Shown here: piece after piece, positions 51,990 through 64,000 of the stretch
How the letters are laid out: each line of letters starts with the position of its first letter
Numbering within the stretch: the first letter of the stretch is position 1
Assembly (NCBI RefSeq): GCF_036321535.1
Contig: NC_087438.1
Coordinates: 5,396,001-5,460,000 of the forward strand
Length of the DNA stretch: 64,000 nt
Direction of reading: 5' to 3'
DNA from: Camelus dromedarius
Lineage: Eukaryota
The notes under the pieces: generated by a model
Seen by the model: only the letters and a program-made list of their open reading frames with translations
What the model was told of the DNA's origin: nothing
Database searches by the model: none
Position numbers and translations under genes: made by a program

Positions 51990-52063
51990 GGCTCTGCGTG
52001 CGCAGGCGCGGGGGCAGGCAGCGCAGTTTCTTCGCTTTTCCCCGGCGTCCGGGCAGCCCGCGG
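51990..52063 (+). other. MTRR: Probable non-coding exon 1 of MTRR (5' end approximate)
   Basis: Consensus donor CGG|gtgagt at 52064 within the CpG island. Confidence 0.65.
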
Positions 52064-53424
52064 GTGAGTACTCGGTAAACGCCGCTCTCCGGGTGGGTAT
52101 CCCACGCCCCGGGCCCGAGGGGAGGCGGTTCAAGGTCGGCGAGGGCACTGGCCTTCGCGTCCCCGCGTCCTTCCCCCGGCCGGGCTGGGCGAGCGGGTCG
52201 GTCAGGACCTTGGCCCCGCGGTGCTGCGGCCCGGCGGGAACTCGGCCCTGAGGCCTTCCCGCCGCCTCCCGGAGCGGGTCCCCGCCTGCGCCGCGGCGTT
52301 TGCTAGAGCGGAGCCAGTCCCGCGGGTCGCTGTGGGCTCCTCCTCCGTCGGCCTCCTGGTTCCGAACCCTTTTCTAAGCAGGGGGAAAGGGCACCTCTGG
52401 GCGCGGGGTCAGGTGCGGGTGCCGGAGAGTCAGGAACGTTGGGAGCGCGGACCAAGCCAGACGCGCGTCCTGCTCCGCCGTTTCTCCGCCTGACCGTCCT
52501 GCGGGAGCCGCGGAACCTCCTCTGGGAAACGTGGGGTGAAGTACGTGCTTTATAAGGTGGTTGTGGGACCGAGGGGGTCATGGTCTGAAGCACCTCGAGC
52601 TGTGCTTGGCTCCCAGGTCGCAGCTGTAAAAATAAGCGATGCCGTTTCCATCACTAGGGTTTCACACTTTCCAGGTGTGTAGTGTCTTGCTGTTATTTAT
52701 CTGTTCGTTCAGTAAACCCATTGAGCACCCGCTGTATGCCAGGTGTCGCTCTGTTCCCTGGGATAGTCCATGATTTTTAGCATGTTACTTAGCACTATTC
52801 TATTACCCTTTAATTTCTTCGTGGTTTAAGTTGTGTTTAGATCTAACTGGCTAGAGGCACATACAAATATTGGCGGTTCATTCACTAAGAGGCAAGATTT
52901 TGGTTTGGGTTTCATTTTAAGTTTCTCCCTGCAAACTGACAGCCTTTTGAGGTTTAGACCCTTGATGAGTATGGGGAGAAGGCTTGAGTGAATTGGAAAT
53001 ATTTTTTTCTCTGTATATACATATGTATATATATACACATGCACTCACATGTAGAGGATATTGAATTAAATAAGAAAGCAGTGTATGAGCATTGATTAAC
53101 TAGATTACTCTTATTAGTCTGTTTAGCTTTGGGTTCAAGGAGAAACCAATTTTTTTTTACAATTTTAATGTATTTTTAGTTTTACGTTTTTTAAAAGATG
53201 TCTGCGATGTATTGAGTCTCAAGCACTGTCTCTGTCAGGTATGTATTGTCATTATCTCCATCAACAAGCACATTTAGAGAAGTCTCATATTGTGTGGCTG
53301 TTGCTGCAGTCATTTTTTTATTAAGAGAATTAGTACCTGCAGGTTGTTACTACTTTGTGAGAAAGAAATTCCCTTTTCTGTTTTTCAGTGTAACCGTTAA
53401 GCTGTAGCATATGCTTTAGAGGTG

Positions 53425-53553
53425 ATGAGGAGGTTTTTGTTGCTCTATGCAACACAGCAAGGACAGGCAAAGGCCATAGCGGAAGAAATATGTGAAAAAG
53501 CAGTTACACATGGCTTTTCTGCAGATCTCCACTGTTTTAGTGAGTCGGATAAG
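53425..53553 (+). CDS. MTRR: Methionine synthase reductase, first coding exon (flavodoxin-like FMN domain); exon begins at 53389
   Basis: Acceptor tttttcag| at 53388. Encodes [43 protein letters not shown], then |gtaaga. Confidence 0.96.
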
Positions 53554-54457
53554 GTAAGAGCTGTTACTCACATGGTTCCTCCTGTGTCTTGTACTTTGAA
53601 GTATTTCGGTTGGGAGCCGATGTTAAACCACAGAGTAGGATGCTAAGTGCCACCATCACTATCAGCTGCATTGTAAGATTCCTGCCACCTTTTTTTTTTT
53701 TAAACCTGTAAGTTTTTTTTTGAATTAGACTACAGTCCTAAAAACTAAGACAAGTAACTGTTCTGGACTATACATGGAAGTATTAGTTTAGCCTTGTTTA
53801 TCTCATGAGCTGGCTGGGAACAAATGAGGTAAGTGTGTTCAGAGGAACGCGGGTTTCCTTTCCACCTTGGGAATCCCAGTGCCCGCTTGTACGTCCCCAA
53901 AATAAAGACTTTGCCATTGGTGGCAGACAGCTCTCTTCCTAGATCATGGCAGTTTTTTCAAGGTAAACTCACTGTGACAAACTGTGTAGTGTCCTGAAAG
54001 TGTTGAATTGCCTGGTAAAATGTTAGCTCAAATCTTTACCTGTTATGTCAGTGTGAAAAATAAAGTGAATTCCTTGGAGGCAAGTTAAATGATACTCGTG
54101 AGGAGCCGAGCTTGGGGAGTCGTTATAGAGACAGTGAAGCGCTTCATCTGAAGTGTGTAAATTTAGGTGAGAATGAGAGATTAAAAACTTGATTTGTAAG
54201 ACTTGGAAACACTGATGATCTCAGTTTATTACCACTGGTGATATTCTCAGCTCCCTGGAACTCTGAGGGAGCAGCGCCCTTCCTGATAGCCAGGTTTCCT
54301 GCTGTCCGAGGAGTGGCTAAGGTTTAAAAGTGCTCTCTGTACCTCTACCATGATGCAGTGCAGACTGAAAGATGGTAAATTAAGCTGACTGCCCAGCCGA
54401 TACACGTCAAAAACACACACGGCAGTAGATCTCTGACGTGACACCCTTGTTTCCTAG

Positions 54458-54611
54458 TATGATCTGAAAACTGAAACAGCGCCTCTCGTGGTGGTGGTGT
54501 CCACCACGGGCAACGGAGACCCACCCGACACAGCCCGCAAGTTTGTTAAAGCCATACAGGACCGGTCGCTGCCCGCCGACTTCTTTGCTCACCTGCGGTA
54601 CGGACTCCTAG
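54458..54611 (+). CDS. MTRR: MTRR exon 3 (FMN domain)
   Basis: ttcctag|TAT ... CTA G|gtgtgt. 154 nt encoding [51 protein letters not shown]. Confidence 0.95.
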
Positions 54612-55749
54612 GTGTGTGCCATATTTTGGGCACTTACTGTACTGTTATTGCCGGCTTTAACTCTAGGGTCTAAATGTCTCTTTCAAAATCATGGTGTATA
54701 ACTGTGGGTTTTGTCATTTTGGGGTTTTATATAAATATTTTATGTATGTATAACATTTGAGTGTAAAAAATGTGCTATTTCCCCAGTCTTCACCCCACAG
54801 CAGCTCCTCCGTAGAGCCTCTAAGTGGCATTCTTAACCATGGGCGCACCTCAGATTCAACCTTGAAATATTTCCCCAGTATTGGTGGCTGTGTCCAACCC
54901 CGAGCAATCCCTGAAGGAGCAGCCCTGCAAGCTATTTTATTGCGGGTTTTTTTAAGCTCCCAGGTGGCTCTCATTCCCTAGGATGGTAGTTCTGGCCACA
55001 CACTGGGATCAGCTGGGGGTGTTTTCATTCCAGTTCCGTTACTTTGAGCCCCTCCAGTGATTCTGACGTAACTGTCCTGAGGTTGGATCCTGGTATCGGT
55101 ATTTTTTAGAGCTCCCAGTGATTCTGATATGTACCTCAGCTTAAGAAGCACTTGTGAGGGCTCTGTGAAGTAGAGCTCTAAAATACTGCAGGATCAGGAG
55201 GACCAGCTTGGCCAGACAGGAAACCGGAGGGGGAGTTAAGGCTCCGTTTGCCTGGCATGTGACCTGCATCCTCCTTTGAGAACCATTTTTGGTAGGGTGT
55301 CTAGCAGGGATGGATTGTGCTATGATAAATAACTGACTAGAAATGTGAGACTGTGACCCTGGCCAAGATCTATCATATACAGTGTATTCAAAAGAGCATT
55401 TTAGAGTTTTTACATCTCTTTAATTCGATTTTTTCCAGTGTCTTTATTTTCAGGAGTGAACATGTACATATTGCTTCAAACATTCCTCAAAAGATTATTT
55501 ATAAAGACCAGAACCTGTCTAGCTTTTTTAGTCAATATTAGGCCCAAATATGGGCCCACCTTCTTGTAGGGAAAATATATGGAGATGATTAAACAACTAA
55601 GAATTAAAGCTTTTAATTTTAAAATTTCAACTAAGTATGAAAATGTTAGTCCATTTTCTTACCAGGAAACATAGAAGCAATTCCTAATGTATCAGCATAG
55701 AAACAGAGCAGGTGAGCATGTCTCAGATATACCTCTCCACGTCCCAGAC

Positions 55750-55957
55750 TATGAGTCAGCGAACTCTGTGAAGGACCAGATAGTCAATATGTTGGGCTTT
55801 GCAGGCCTTGTGGTCTCTGTAACAGCCACTCATCTCTGCCGATGTAGCTTGAAAGCTGCCATAACAAGATGTAAACAAATGGACCTGGCTGTGTTCTAAC
55901 AAAACTCTAAAGGCAGTGGGTGGTCGTTGGCCCACGGGCTCTAGTTTGCAGACCCTA
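55750..55957 (+). mobile_element. MER58A-like DNA transposon relic
   Basis: ccagatagtcaatat ... ggctttgcaggcc ... tggtctctgt ... tgtaaacaaatgg ... tagtttgcagaccct. Confidence 0.7.
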
Positions 55958-56154
55958 CAGTAGTTAGGAAAAGTCTGCAGATACACATATTGAATGTTTT
56001 TAATCCTGTGTAATCCTTGTTTTCAGATTGCCATATTTTTGCACAGATGCATGGAAGCAAAAATGTGAAACACATTTCTGTTAACAGTGGTCCGAAGTGT
56101 TTTGTTTCTATTTGCATACTTAGTATTTCTCAAGGGAAAAATAAGAAAATGTGA

Positions 56155-56400
<246 letters not shown>

Positions 56401-57609
56401 TAAGAGCAACGCGCTTCTCTGTCATTTCCGGTCAGCCTGGCTAGTACGTGATGAAAGTCAGCAAGGTTATGAAAGGGGTTCACTTCTGATTTCGCAGTAA
56501 AACTTTGGTCTTGAAAGTTTTGGTTTTGTTTCCTTTTTTAGTTCCAGGACCAAAAAAGATCCTCCAGAGTTTGATCTATCTATTTTGTTGACTTTTTTTT
56601 ATTAAGTGCCTCATCTGCATCAGTACTGCTAGTGGAGGAAATTAGGAAAGGTGCCCCAGTACCGTTACTTTGTCTTACAGCTGTGTAGGTATTTGCAGGA
56701 ACTCGGATAGTGGGTGACTGGACTGGACTCGGGACCTCGTGGGAGGACACCTACCCAACAGGCCACGCGTTACAGGTGGAGCCTTCCGGGCACACCGGTT
56801 CCTTGGTTCTCTCCGTCACCATCTTAAAGGTCATTTGCTGCCATTCCAACCAGCAATATAATTTCTCTTTTATTAATTTACTCTTTTTACAAATCAGTAT
56901 TTCACCCTATGTGCCGCCTTTTAAGTCCTCTTATGTGTTAATTCAGAGACTTTAGAAAGCTTGTCCTATAGTTTATCCTGGTATTTATCCTTGAACTGTT
57001 TTAGCCAGATAACTGTGTGCACACACGTGCACACACACTTGATTTTTTTTTTCTACCAGTTGCAGATGTTAAGTAAATTCTTACCTACTAGATCTGTGTT
57101 TATACATCATGATAGCTTCAGCAAGTGTCATGCTTTTCTGCATATAATGCCTCGCCCAAGGGTGCTGGAGACCCTTCTGTTTCCCCTTTGAGTCCACTGC
57201 TTCCAGCATCCTCTGCAGCTGTGATGCTGTGGGCTTCTCCACGTCCCCAGGGATCACGTTCCACGCGGACAGAGCTCTACCACATTTCCTGGCGTGTTAC
57301 CTTTTACCTTTGTCCCTTTATATTGGGCCCCCCTCCCCCACCTTATTGGCATTAAATGTGTATTGTCCTGTATGAGCTATTTAATTGCTAAACCTTATAA
57401 AATCCATAAGTCCTGTTGCTCGGTCTGTATTTTACTTCAAAGGCTTTTCGTTTCCCGAAACCAAAAATTTACTGGATTGGATGTTAAAATTCTTGAATGT
57501 GCATTTCAGCAGCTTGCATCTCTTAAGTTTTCAACCTAACCTCCCTTTTCTAAAATTAAAATATTTTCAGGGAGGCATTTTGTGCCACCACATTGATGGG
57601 ATTGAGAAT

Positions 57610-57830
57610 ATGGACTGGAGTCCAAATACCTGGGTTCACATCCTTGATTTTCCCCACCTGCTGACTGTGACACCTTGGTCAGATTACTTACGTTTTGTGC
57701 CTTGGATTCTCCCTTGTGAAGTAGTTAATGATAGTATATATTGTGTGAGGTTCTTTGGAGGATCATGGGAAATAATACGAGTTGTCGTTTTAGAACAACG
57801 CCTGCCGTGTAGTGAGCACTCGACGAACAC
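57610..57830 (+). mobile_element. MIR SINE
   Basis: ctggagtc ... cctgggttca ... ctgtgac ... gtgcct ... ttgtgagg ... tagaaca.cgcctg ... agcactc. Confidence 0.55.
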
Positions 57831-58908
57831 GAGCCTCCTGATTATGGCCGGTATCATCTTAGTATTTCTGAGTTCTCAGAAAGGTGTTTTAAAGGAGGCT
57901 GTCATTATTGAACTGCTAATTGTACATACTTTTCCAGAGGCTCCTGAGGGACAGATGTCTGTATAACCAAGTTTTAAGCTGCATACTGCGTGATCACCAA
58001 GTTAACACAGTGAAATTACAGACAAAGTCACAGTAAGATGGAGGTCTAAAATGTGTCTCCTCTTAATGGTCATTTAGCTTTACGAATTGGAATTTAATGG
58101 TTAACTCATTTGAATTGTGATCGAAAACAACAAGGATGTTATTCCCGAGGTCCTGGTGCAGCCTGCCTTGGCCCTTCCCCCATGTCCAGCGTCTCTGTTC
58201 AGGCAGTGTGGGGAATGTTGTTCAGTCGGTGTTCTTTGCTAGTAGTGAGACCACCATATTTAAAATGTATTTATGATTAATTGAGCTCTCCTAAAGGATT
58301 ATTGCTTTTCCCTCTGTGGTCAGCCCTGCTGGAAATTTTACCAGAAAAATTCTTCAGAACTGATAGAAGGTTTGAACTGTTTACTTACTCAAAGAGCATT
58401 AATCTGGAGTGATTTCTTGGTGATATTTTAACCTATAGAAAGCAAAGATCAGTAAATTGGCTAGGCCAGAAAAAAAGAGATGGTAATTTGATGTAATTAT
58501 TGTTTGTGATATTAGGGTGGTCTTGGATTTGGGGTAAGTTCTGCTAGCCTCATCAAAATTATGCATGCCTGTCTAAAACTAACAACTTAAAATACCACCT
58601 CTATTTTAGGAAATTAAGAGAAATCACACTCCTGTTTCCTATTACTGAATTATCTTCATTTTTGTTCTCTGACTTTTATACATGCTCATATTTTTTACAG
58701 CTCAGTGCTAATGAACGCAATAATATTCTGCTTCTTAGCTTAATCCTTCATAAGTATTTTTTGTATTTTGAGTAGCCTTCATATTTAGTGTTTTTGACAG
58801 TTTGGTAGTGTTCTGCCAGATGGACAGATTCTGCCATTATCCCATCATTGTATATTTAAATGGAGAACTTAGGCATTTCTTTTTTCCATTTTTGTTACAA
58901 TGATCCAG

Positions 58909-59284
58909 TTTAGAACTTGTGGTTGAGCCATGGATTGACGGACTCTGGGCCGCCCTCACCAAGCATTTCACGTCAGTTGGAGGAAAAGAGGAGATGAGTG
59001 GAACCCTCACAGCGGCGTCTGATGCCTCCCCGAGGACAGACCCTGTGGCACTGGAATTATTACACGTTGAATCGCAAGTTGAACTTCTGAGATTAGATGA
59101 TTCAAGAAAAAAAGATTCTGAAGTTTTGGAACAAAGTGCAGTGAACAAAGAATCGAGCGCTTTGGCTGCAGACTTTGAGTCCTCACTTACCCGTTCAGGC
59201 CCCCCACTTTCACAGGCCTCGCTGAACATTCCCGCTTTGCCACCAGAGTATTTGCAGGCGTGTCTGCAGGAGCCGCTTGGCCAG
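58909..59284 (+). CDS. MTRR: MTRR exon 5 (end of FMN domain and hinge)
   Basis: atccag|T TTA GAA ... CAG|gtgagc. 376 nt encoding [16 protein letters not shown]...LQEPLGQ. Confidence 0.94.
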
Positions 59285-59589
59285 GTGAGCGGTTTTACTT
59301 TATGCACCATGGGTGGCAGTGCTGGTGGATTTTTAATTACATTACACAGAGGCCAACAAGCTGTGGCCTGCTGGGCGAGTGTGGTCTGCCGCCTCTCGTT
59401 TGTAAGTGAAGTTTACTGGAACACAGCCATGCACATCCATTCACGTGGCATCTGGCTGCTCCTGCACTACGGCGGGGGAACTGAGTAGTTACCAGTCAGA
59501 ATCTTTTTCTCCTGAATCATTCCTTTCTCTGCCCTCAGGCTGCAGGAGGTGAGCGCTTCTTTGTAGCTACAGAGGGTGTCCTCTGGCTT

Positions 59590-59780
59590 TCACACTTAGC
59601 CACAGGTGGCTACTGAATTTTATTTTTCATTAATTTAAATTTAAGAGTTCAGTTCCTGAGTCACACTTCTTAGCCATATTTCCAGTGCTCGGTGGGCACA
59701 CGTGGCTTGTGGCTCCTGTATGGGGCCAGTGAAGCCGTGGAACATCCGGTCATCGAGGAAGCTCTGTTGAACAGCACTGC
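59590..59780. mobile_element. MER3/MER33-like DNA transposon relic
   Basis: tagccaca.gtggctactga ... tagcca.atttc.agtgctc ... cacgtggct.gtggct ... acagcactg. Confidence 0.55.
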
Positions 59781-60196
59781 CCACCACTCTGAGGGTTCTT
59801 GTGACCATCTGTATAGATAGCCGCCAACCTTAATAAACATCTTGTCATTTCCTTTAGAATCTCCGTCTGAAATGTGCAAGTGTACTGTTTCTTTTTGCAT
59901 AAGTTTATTAGGAAGACTATTGGACCTTTTTGTGAAAATACTAGTATCTGATGTTTCCCATGTATCTCAGAAATTCCAAGCAAAGTCTAATAACCAAGGA
60001 GGCTGGGAAATGGATGAGCTTCTCTTCTGAAAGACTGAGCAGAATGTGTCTGTAGCCGTTTACCTTAGAAAAGAACACTTAAATAGCCAGGGCATTTCCA
60101 GAGATGTGGTAGCTCTTACTTCATCGCTTAGTGAAGCACTGGTAAGTGTAATTGAAAATTGCATTTAGTAATATTTTATCACATTTGTTTCTCAAG

Positions 60197-60319
60197 GAGG
60201 AAAGCCAAGCTTCTGTGACTTCAGTGGATCCAATTTTTCACGTTCCAATTTCAAAGGCAGTTCAACTGACTACGAATGATGCCATAAAAACCACACTTCT
60301 GGTAGAACTGGACATTTCA
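60197..60319 (+). CDS. MTRR: MTRR exon 6 (start of FAD domain)
   Basis: ttctcaag|GAG ... TCA|gtaagt. 123 nt encoding [41 protein letters not shown]. Confidence 0.94.
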
Positions 60320-61814
60320 GTAAGTTACAGAATTTATTCCTGAGCACAGGTGTGCTGTCAGGGAGGGCAGGGACTTGCGTGGTGTATTCTGGTCCACACG
60401 CTCAGGAAGAGTGAGGTCTCTGGTGGGACATCGGCCTTTTTATTCTTCACCCATCATTTTCCTCTCCACCTCATACCCGCTTTCTTTTCACTTCAAGGAG
60501 GGGCTAAAGCAAGGAGTGACCGGAGGGGGTTCAGCTGGAGAGAGTAGTGTTGCTGCCTTAATTATTGAGAATAAAGGAATCAGAGCAGCATTTTCTGTGA
60601 AAGAGCCCCGGGAGAGGCACCTGGTTACCTGGGGTCAGCGGCAGTTGACCAGGCTAGGCAGGAGTGTGACATTCATTTCTCAGAGTGGAGGTCCTTGTTC
60701 CTTTGAGAATCTGGAAGAAATTGTGGACGCCCTCTCCAGAAAAGTGATTGTCTGTAAACGTGTTGCACAGTTTCAGGGGGTTTATGTGCTGCCTCTGAAC
60801 CCATCCATGTGCTTTCCCGGCCCCTGCCCATGTCCAGGGGCCGCAGGTTAGGAAACTGTGGCTGCTGATCCGGAACCTTCAGTGCCTCCAGACCTGCCCG
60901 GAGCCACGTAGCTCCACCTTTACCTTCACGGGGGCCTGCGAAGGGGGCTGGGCCTTCAGAAGACGGCGCGTCGAGGCTGTCTCTGTAGAGTTAGTTGAAT
61001 TTCTAATAGAAAAAAAATGACAGGTGTCAGAGCTAGATGTTTTGCTTACATACTGTTGAGTAGTTCCACGTTTCTTTTGAACATTTTAATAACCTGTAGT
61101 ATTAAATATCCTATGTACCTCAAAACATTTTACTTTTGTTTTACACTTTCTGTCATGAGGAGGCAAGGGTTGGCCAATGGGCGGGGCCAGTGTGTGTCCT
61201 TCACAAGCTAGGGCTGTGGGCACACGTGGTCAGAGGCCCTCTCGGAGCATTCCTCACCCTCTGAGTAGACGTGCTGTGGGGAGGGGATCCTTCTGGAGCC
61301 CGAGTGTGTTCCCCGCCAGTACCATGCCAGATGGTTTAATGTGTGTCACTAAGGGGAAAAAAGTGTTCTCTCCCACCCCAGTTCCTCCCCAAAGGAAAGG
61401 AGTAAAGAGAGGAGATTGGAAGCCAATGCAGGTGGCCCTAAAGGTAGTAGCTTTAGCGCGTAACGTGTGTGTTTCTGTGTGTGTGTTTTCATCAGAGGAA
61501 TTTTTACATGGATCATTGAAACACTGTTTATTGGAGCAACTTACTCTCTAGAAGATGCGGAAAGTCTTTATTTCCAGTCTGAATATTCAATGATATAAAG
61601 CAAAACATTGGATAACTACAGAATTTCTTGTTAAAAGTAACTTCTACTAAAAATATATTTATTCAGTTAGTTGGGCTTGTTTTTTGCAATTAGAATTATT
61701 TTGTTTCTAATTCATGTACTCAAAGGGTCATAAAATAAAAACTCTGGTTTTGTTGCCCTGGAACTAAAACTCACTTATATGGAATTTTTTTCTTTCATGT
61801 TGGTTCTTCTCTAG

Positions 61815-61968
61815 AAAACAAATTTTTCCTATCAGCCTGGAGATGCCTTCAACGTGATCTGTCCCAACAGTGACTCCGAGGTACAGGACCTAGTCCAAAG
61901 GCTGCAGCTCGCAGACAGGCTAGAACACCGTGTCTTCTTGAAAATTAAGGCAGACACAAAGAAGAAAG
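61815..61968 (+). CDS. MTRR: MTRR exon 7
   Basis: ttctctag|AAA ... AAA G|gtgcag. 154 nt encoding [51 protein letters not shown]. Confidence 0.93.
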
Positions 61969-62763
61969 GTGCAGCCCTGCTCTTATTTCTCAGGGTGTCA
62001 TCGGGCTAAGGGGTTGGAGGTGACGAGGACAAGTATGCACAGATACCCGAGGGTCGGCCACGATCAGCGGTGGAATAGACCTCTCGCTGGTCTTGGTGGT
62101 TTCTTAACTTTCACGTCAGATACCCTGTCTGGGTCCGTTACGCTGAATGAGATGGTAATAGAGGTTATGCTTATTGGACACTTATGAACATTGAAAATGA
62201 AGTTGAGGAATCAACTTTTTCAAAGCTCTGGAAATTAACAGGCTTGTGGCAGACTGGGGAAAACTTGAAAACATGAATGTAACTAGTTTTGGAGAAGCAG
62301 ATTGGGTTAGTTGGGCCGATTTGTTTGTTTTTTGCAGTTAGTATTATTTTATTTCTAAGTTAGCATATTATAATTTTTTCCACAATTAAAGGAAGTCATT
62401 TTTTAGTTATCTGCTTAGAATCCTTTGAACTGGAGTTGAGTCAGTCTGAAATTCTTTTTGAGGATAATGGGCAGTGGTGATGGGCGTTTTGTTCCCCGGT
62501 TGTGGGTGATTTCCCTCTTGTTTGTTATACCTAGACTTGGTGGATGTGGCTAATACAGTCATTCTGTTGAATTCATAGTAATTTTTTTGGTAAAGTGTGT
62601 TTTTCTGCTGTCTTCCTCTTGGGGAGATGTTTTTAACTGACTAAACTTTGTCACAAGTCATACTATACTTTGACAGCACAATAATGTGAAATATTAGCTA
62701 TTTGTGTTTTTAGGGATTGAACTTTACTTTGTGTCACGAACTCTCTCCCGTCTTCCTGAAAAG

Positions 62764-62852
62764 GAGCAGCCTTGCCCCAGCATGTACCCGAGGGCTGTTC
62801 TCTGCGCTTCCTTTTCACCTGGTGCCTTGAAATACGAGCAGTTCCTAAAAAG
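62764..62852 (+). CDS. MTRR: MTRR exon 8 (gene continues beyond the window)
   Basis: cctgaaaag|GA ... AAG|gtatat. 89 nt encoding (G)[29 protein letters not shown]. Confidence 0.93.
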
Positions 62853-64000
62853 GTATATATATATATTTTAATTATTTGTGTTTGGCTGACTGTGCTTGCC
62901 TCTGTGTACGGTTTATTAAATCTGGTATTTGCAGATTTTGAAGGCTTAGAAAATATGGTCCTCACAGCATGTGTTCAAAACAGTTCCCCGGGTGTGTGGT
63001 ATCTTTGTAATTGTCAAGGATAAATATGTTTTTTGTTGTGCTTATTTTGAAATTTTGTTTTCTACTGAAATGAGGTTGTTAAAGTAGGGCTGTTTCTTAG
63101 TCCTGTTTTATTTACTAGACTTTCACTGGAAGGGGAGAGTGGCCCTAGTGACTTGTGCTCTCCAGCTGCGCACGGACACCTCTGGTTGATGACAGGAAGC
63201 GCGTGGGAGGGTATGCTTTCCGCTACCTGCCACCTGCTTAATGTTGTGAAGACCCTTTTTGTGTAGAAATCTGTATTACTGTGTCAGAATTCAGGGAAAA
63301 TTGAAGGGGTTTGGTAGGTTGTGTTGGTAATTTAAATGAATTTGGAGACAGAGCCCCTAGATGTCAGTATTGTGCCTGGCACGACTGACATTGTTGTATT
63401 AAATGGAGCTTGTGTTGCCAATAAACATAAATAGTGCTATTATTAGGCTGCCCTGTCCGCAGTGCAGTGTGTAGTCTCTGTTTTATTAATGCGTTTGTTA
63501 ATTTATTAATGTGTTTACTGCATTTGTGGTCTTTGGGAAGTAAACTACTTTAGAGAGAAGTTTAGCCCCAGATGTAATTTGAGTAAATTTACAGTTTACT
63601 GTCATGTGAACTTCTTGATTAAATAACTCAGTTTTAGTTCAGCTTTACAATTTCTGAACATTTCATAAAGTATGTATTTAAAAATACATTTTTCTTTACT
63701 ACATAAGCAATCTGCTTATAAAATTTCCACACAGAAGTAAGTAACTTAGGAAATGAAAGTCCTCTATAGTCAAACCCTCACTTGAGTTTTGTTTTGCTGA
63801 GGAAAAGCGAGGTCATGCAGTCTATGTGCTGTTCTATGACACGCCTTTTTCACTTAAAAAGAAATCATGAGTTTGGATATCCCAGCATGGAAAGGTGCTG
63901 GAGATACTTTTAAAATACGCTGTTGGTGCAACATAATTGATTTGATTGTGAACAGTTGGTTGTTTACAGTTTTCCACTGTTAAAAACAAAACTAGGTGAA

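Larger units (their letters stand above)
51520..52540. promoter_or_regulatory. CpG-island bidirectional promoter of FASTKD3 and MTRR: NRF1 palindrome GCGCATGCGC (51896-51905), inverted CCAAT boxes (51937-51941, 51966-51970), second NRF1-like site (52000-52009)
   Basis: CpG-dense; divergent splice donors at 51797 (-) and 52064 (+); motifs read directly. Confidence 0.88.

Noticed and set aside
51343..52593. Cluster of overlapping ORFs at the FASTKD3/MTRR promoter
   Set aside because: Expected from stop-codon scarcity in a CpG island; Arg/Pro/Ala/Gly-rich with no domain.
57385..57966. 193-aa hydrophobic ORF in MTRR intron 4
   Set aside because: Non-ATG start, spans a MIR relic, no splice or homology support.

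Overview
Mammalian genomic DNA, most likely a camelid judging by six copies of a tRNA-derived SINE (GGGGAGGGTATAGCTCAGTGGTAGAG... head). The gene order matches the ADCY2-CFAP90(C5orf49)-FASTKD3-MTRR block of human 5p15. The window holds the last three coding exons and 3'UTR of ADCY2 (+), the complete 3-exon CFAP90 gene (-, 146 aa), the complete FASTKD3 gene (-, six coding exons, 663 aa) and MTRR exons 1-8 (+). FASTKD3 and MTRR share a ~200-bp bidirectional CpG-island promoter. The rest is intron and intergenic DNA with SINE, MIR, L1, MaLR/ERV LTR and MER DNA-transposon relics. I found no convincing new protein-coding system. The best unexplained signals are these: an 87-bp, 91%-identical inverted repeat in an ADCY2 intron; an LTR-borne near-perfect RFX X-box upstream of the ciliary gene CFAP90; a solo LTR with a 4-bp TSD downstream of the ADCY2 stop; micro-uORFs at both start codons of the bidirectional pair; a hairpin over a FASTKD3 splice donor; and a probable retroposed mRNA tail. 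Exon coordinates were read by hand. Repeat family names come from recalled consensus similarity, not from a search.
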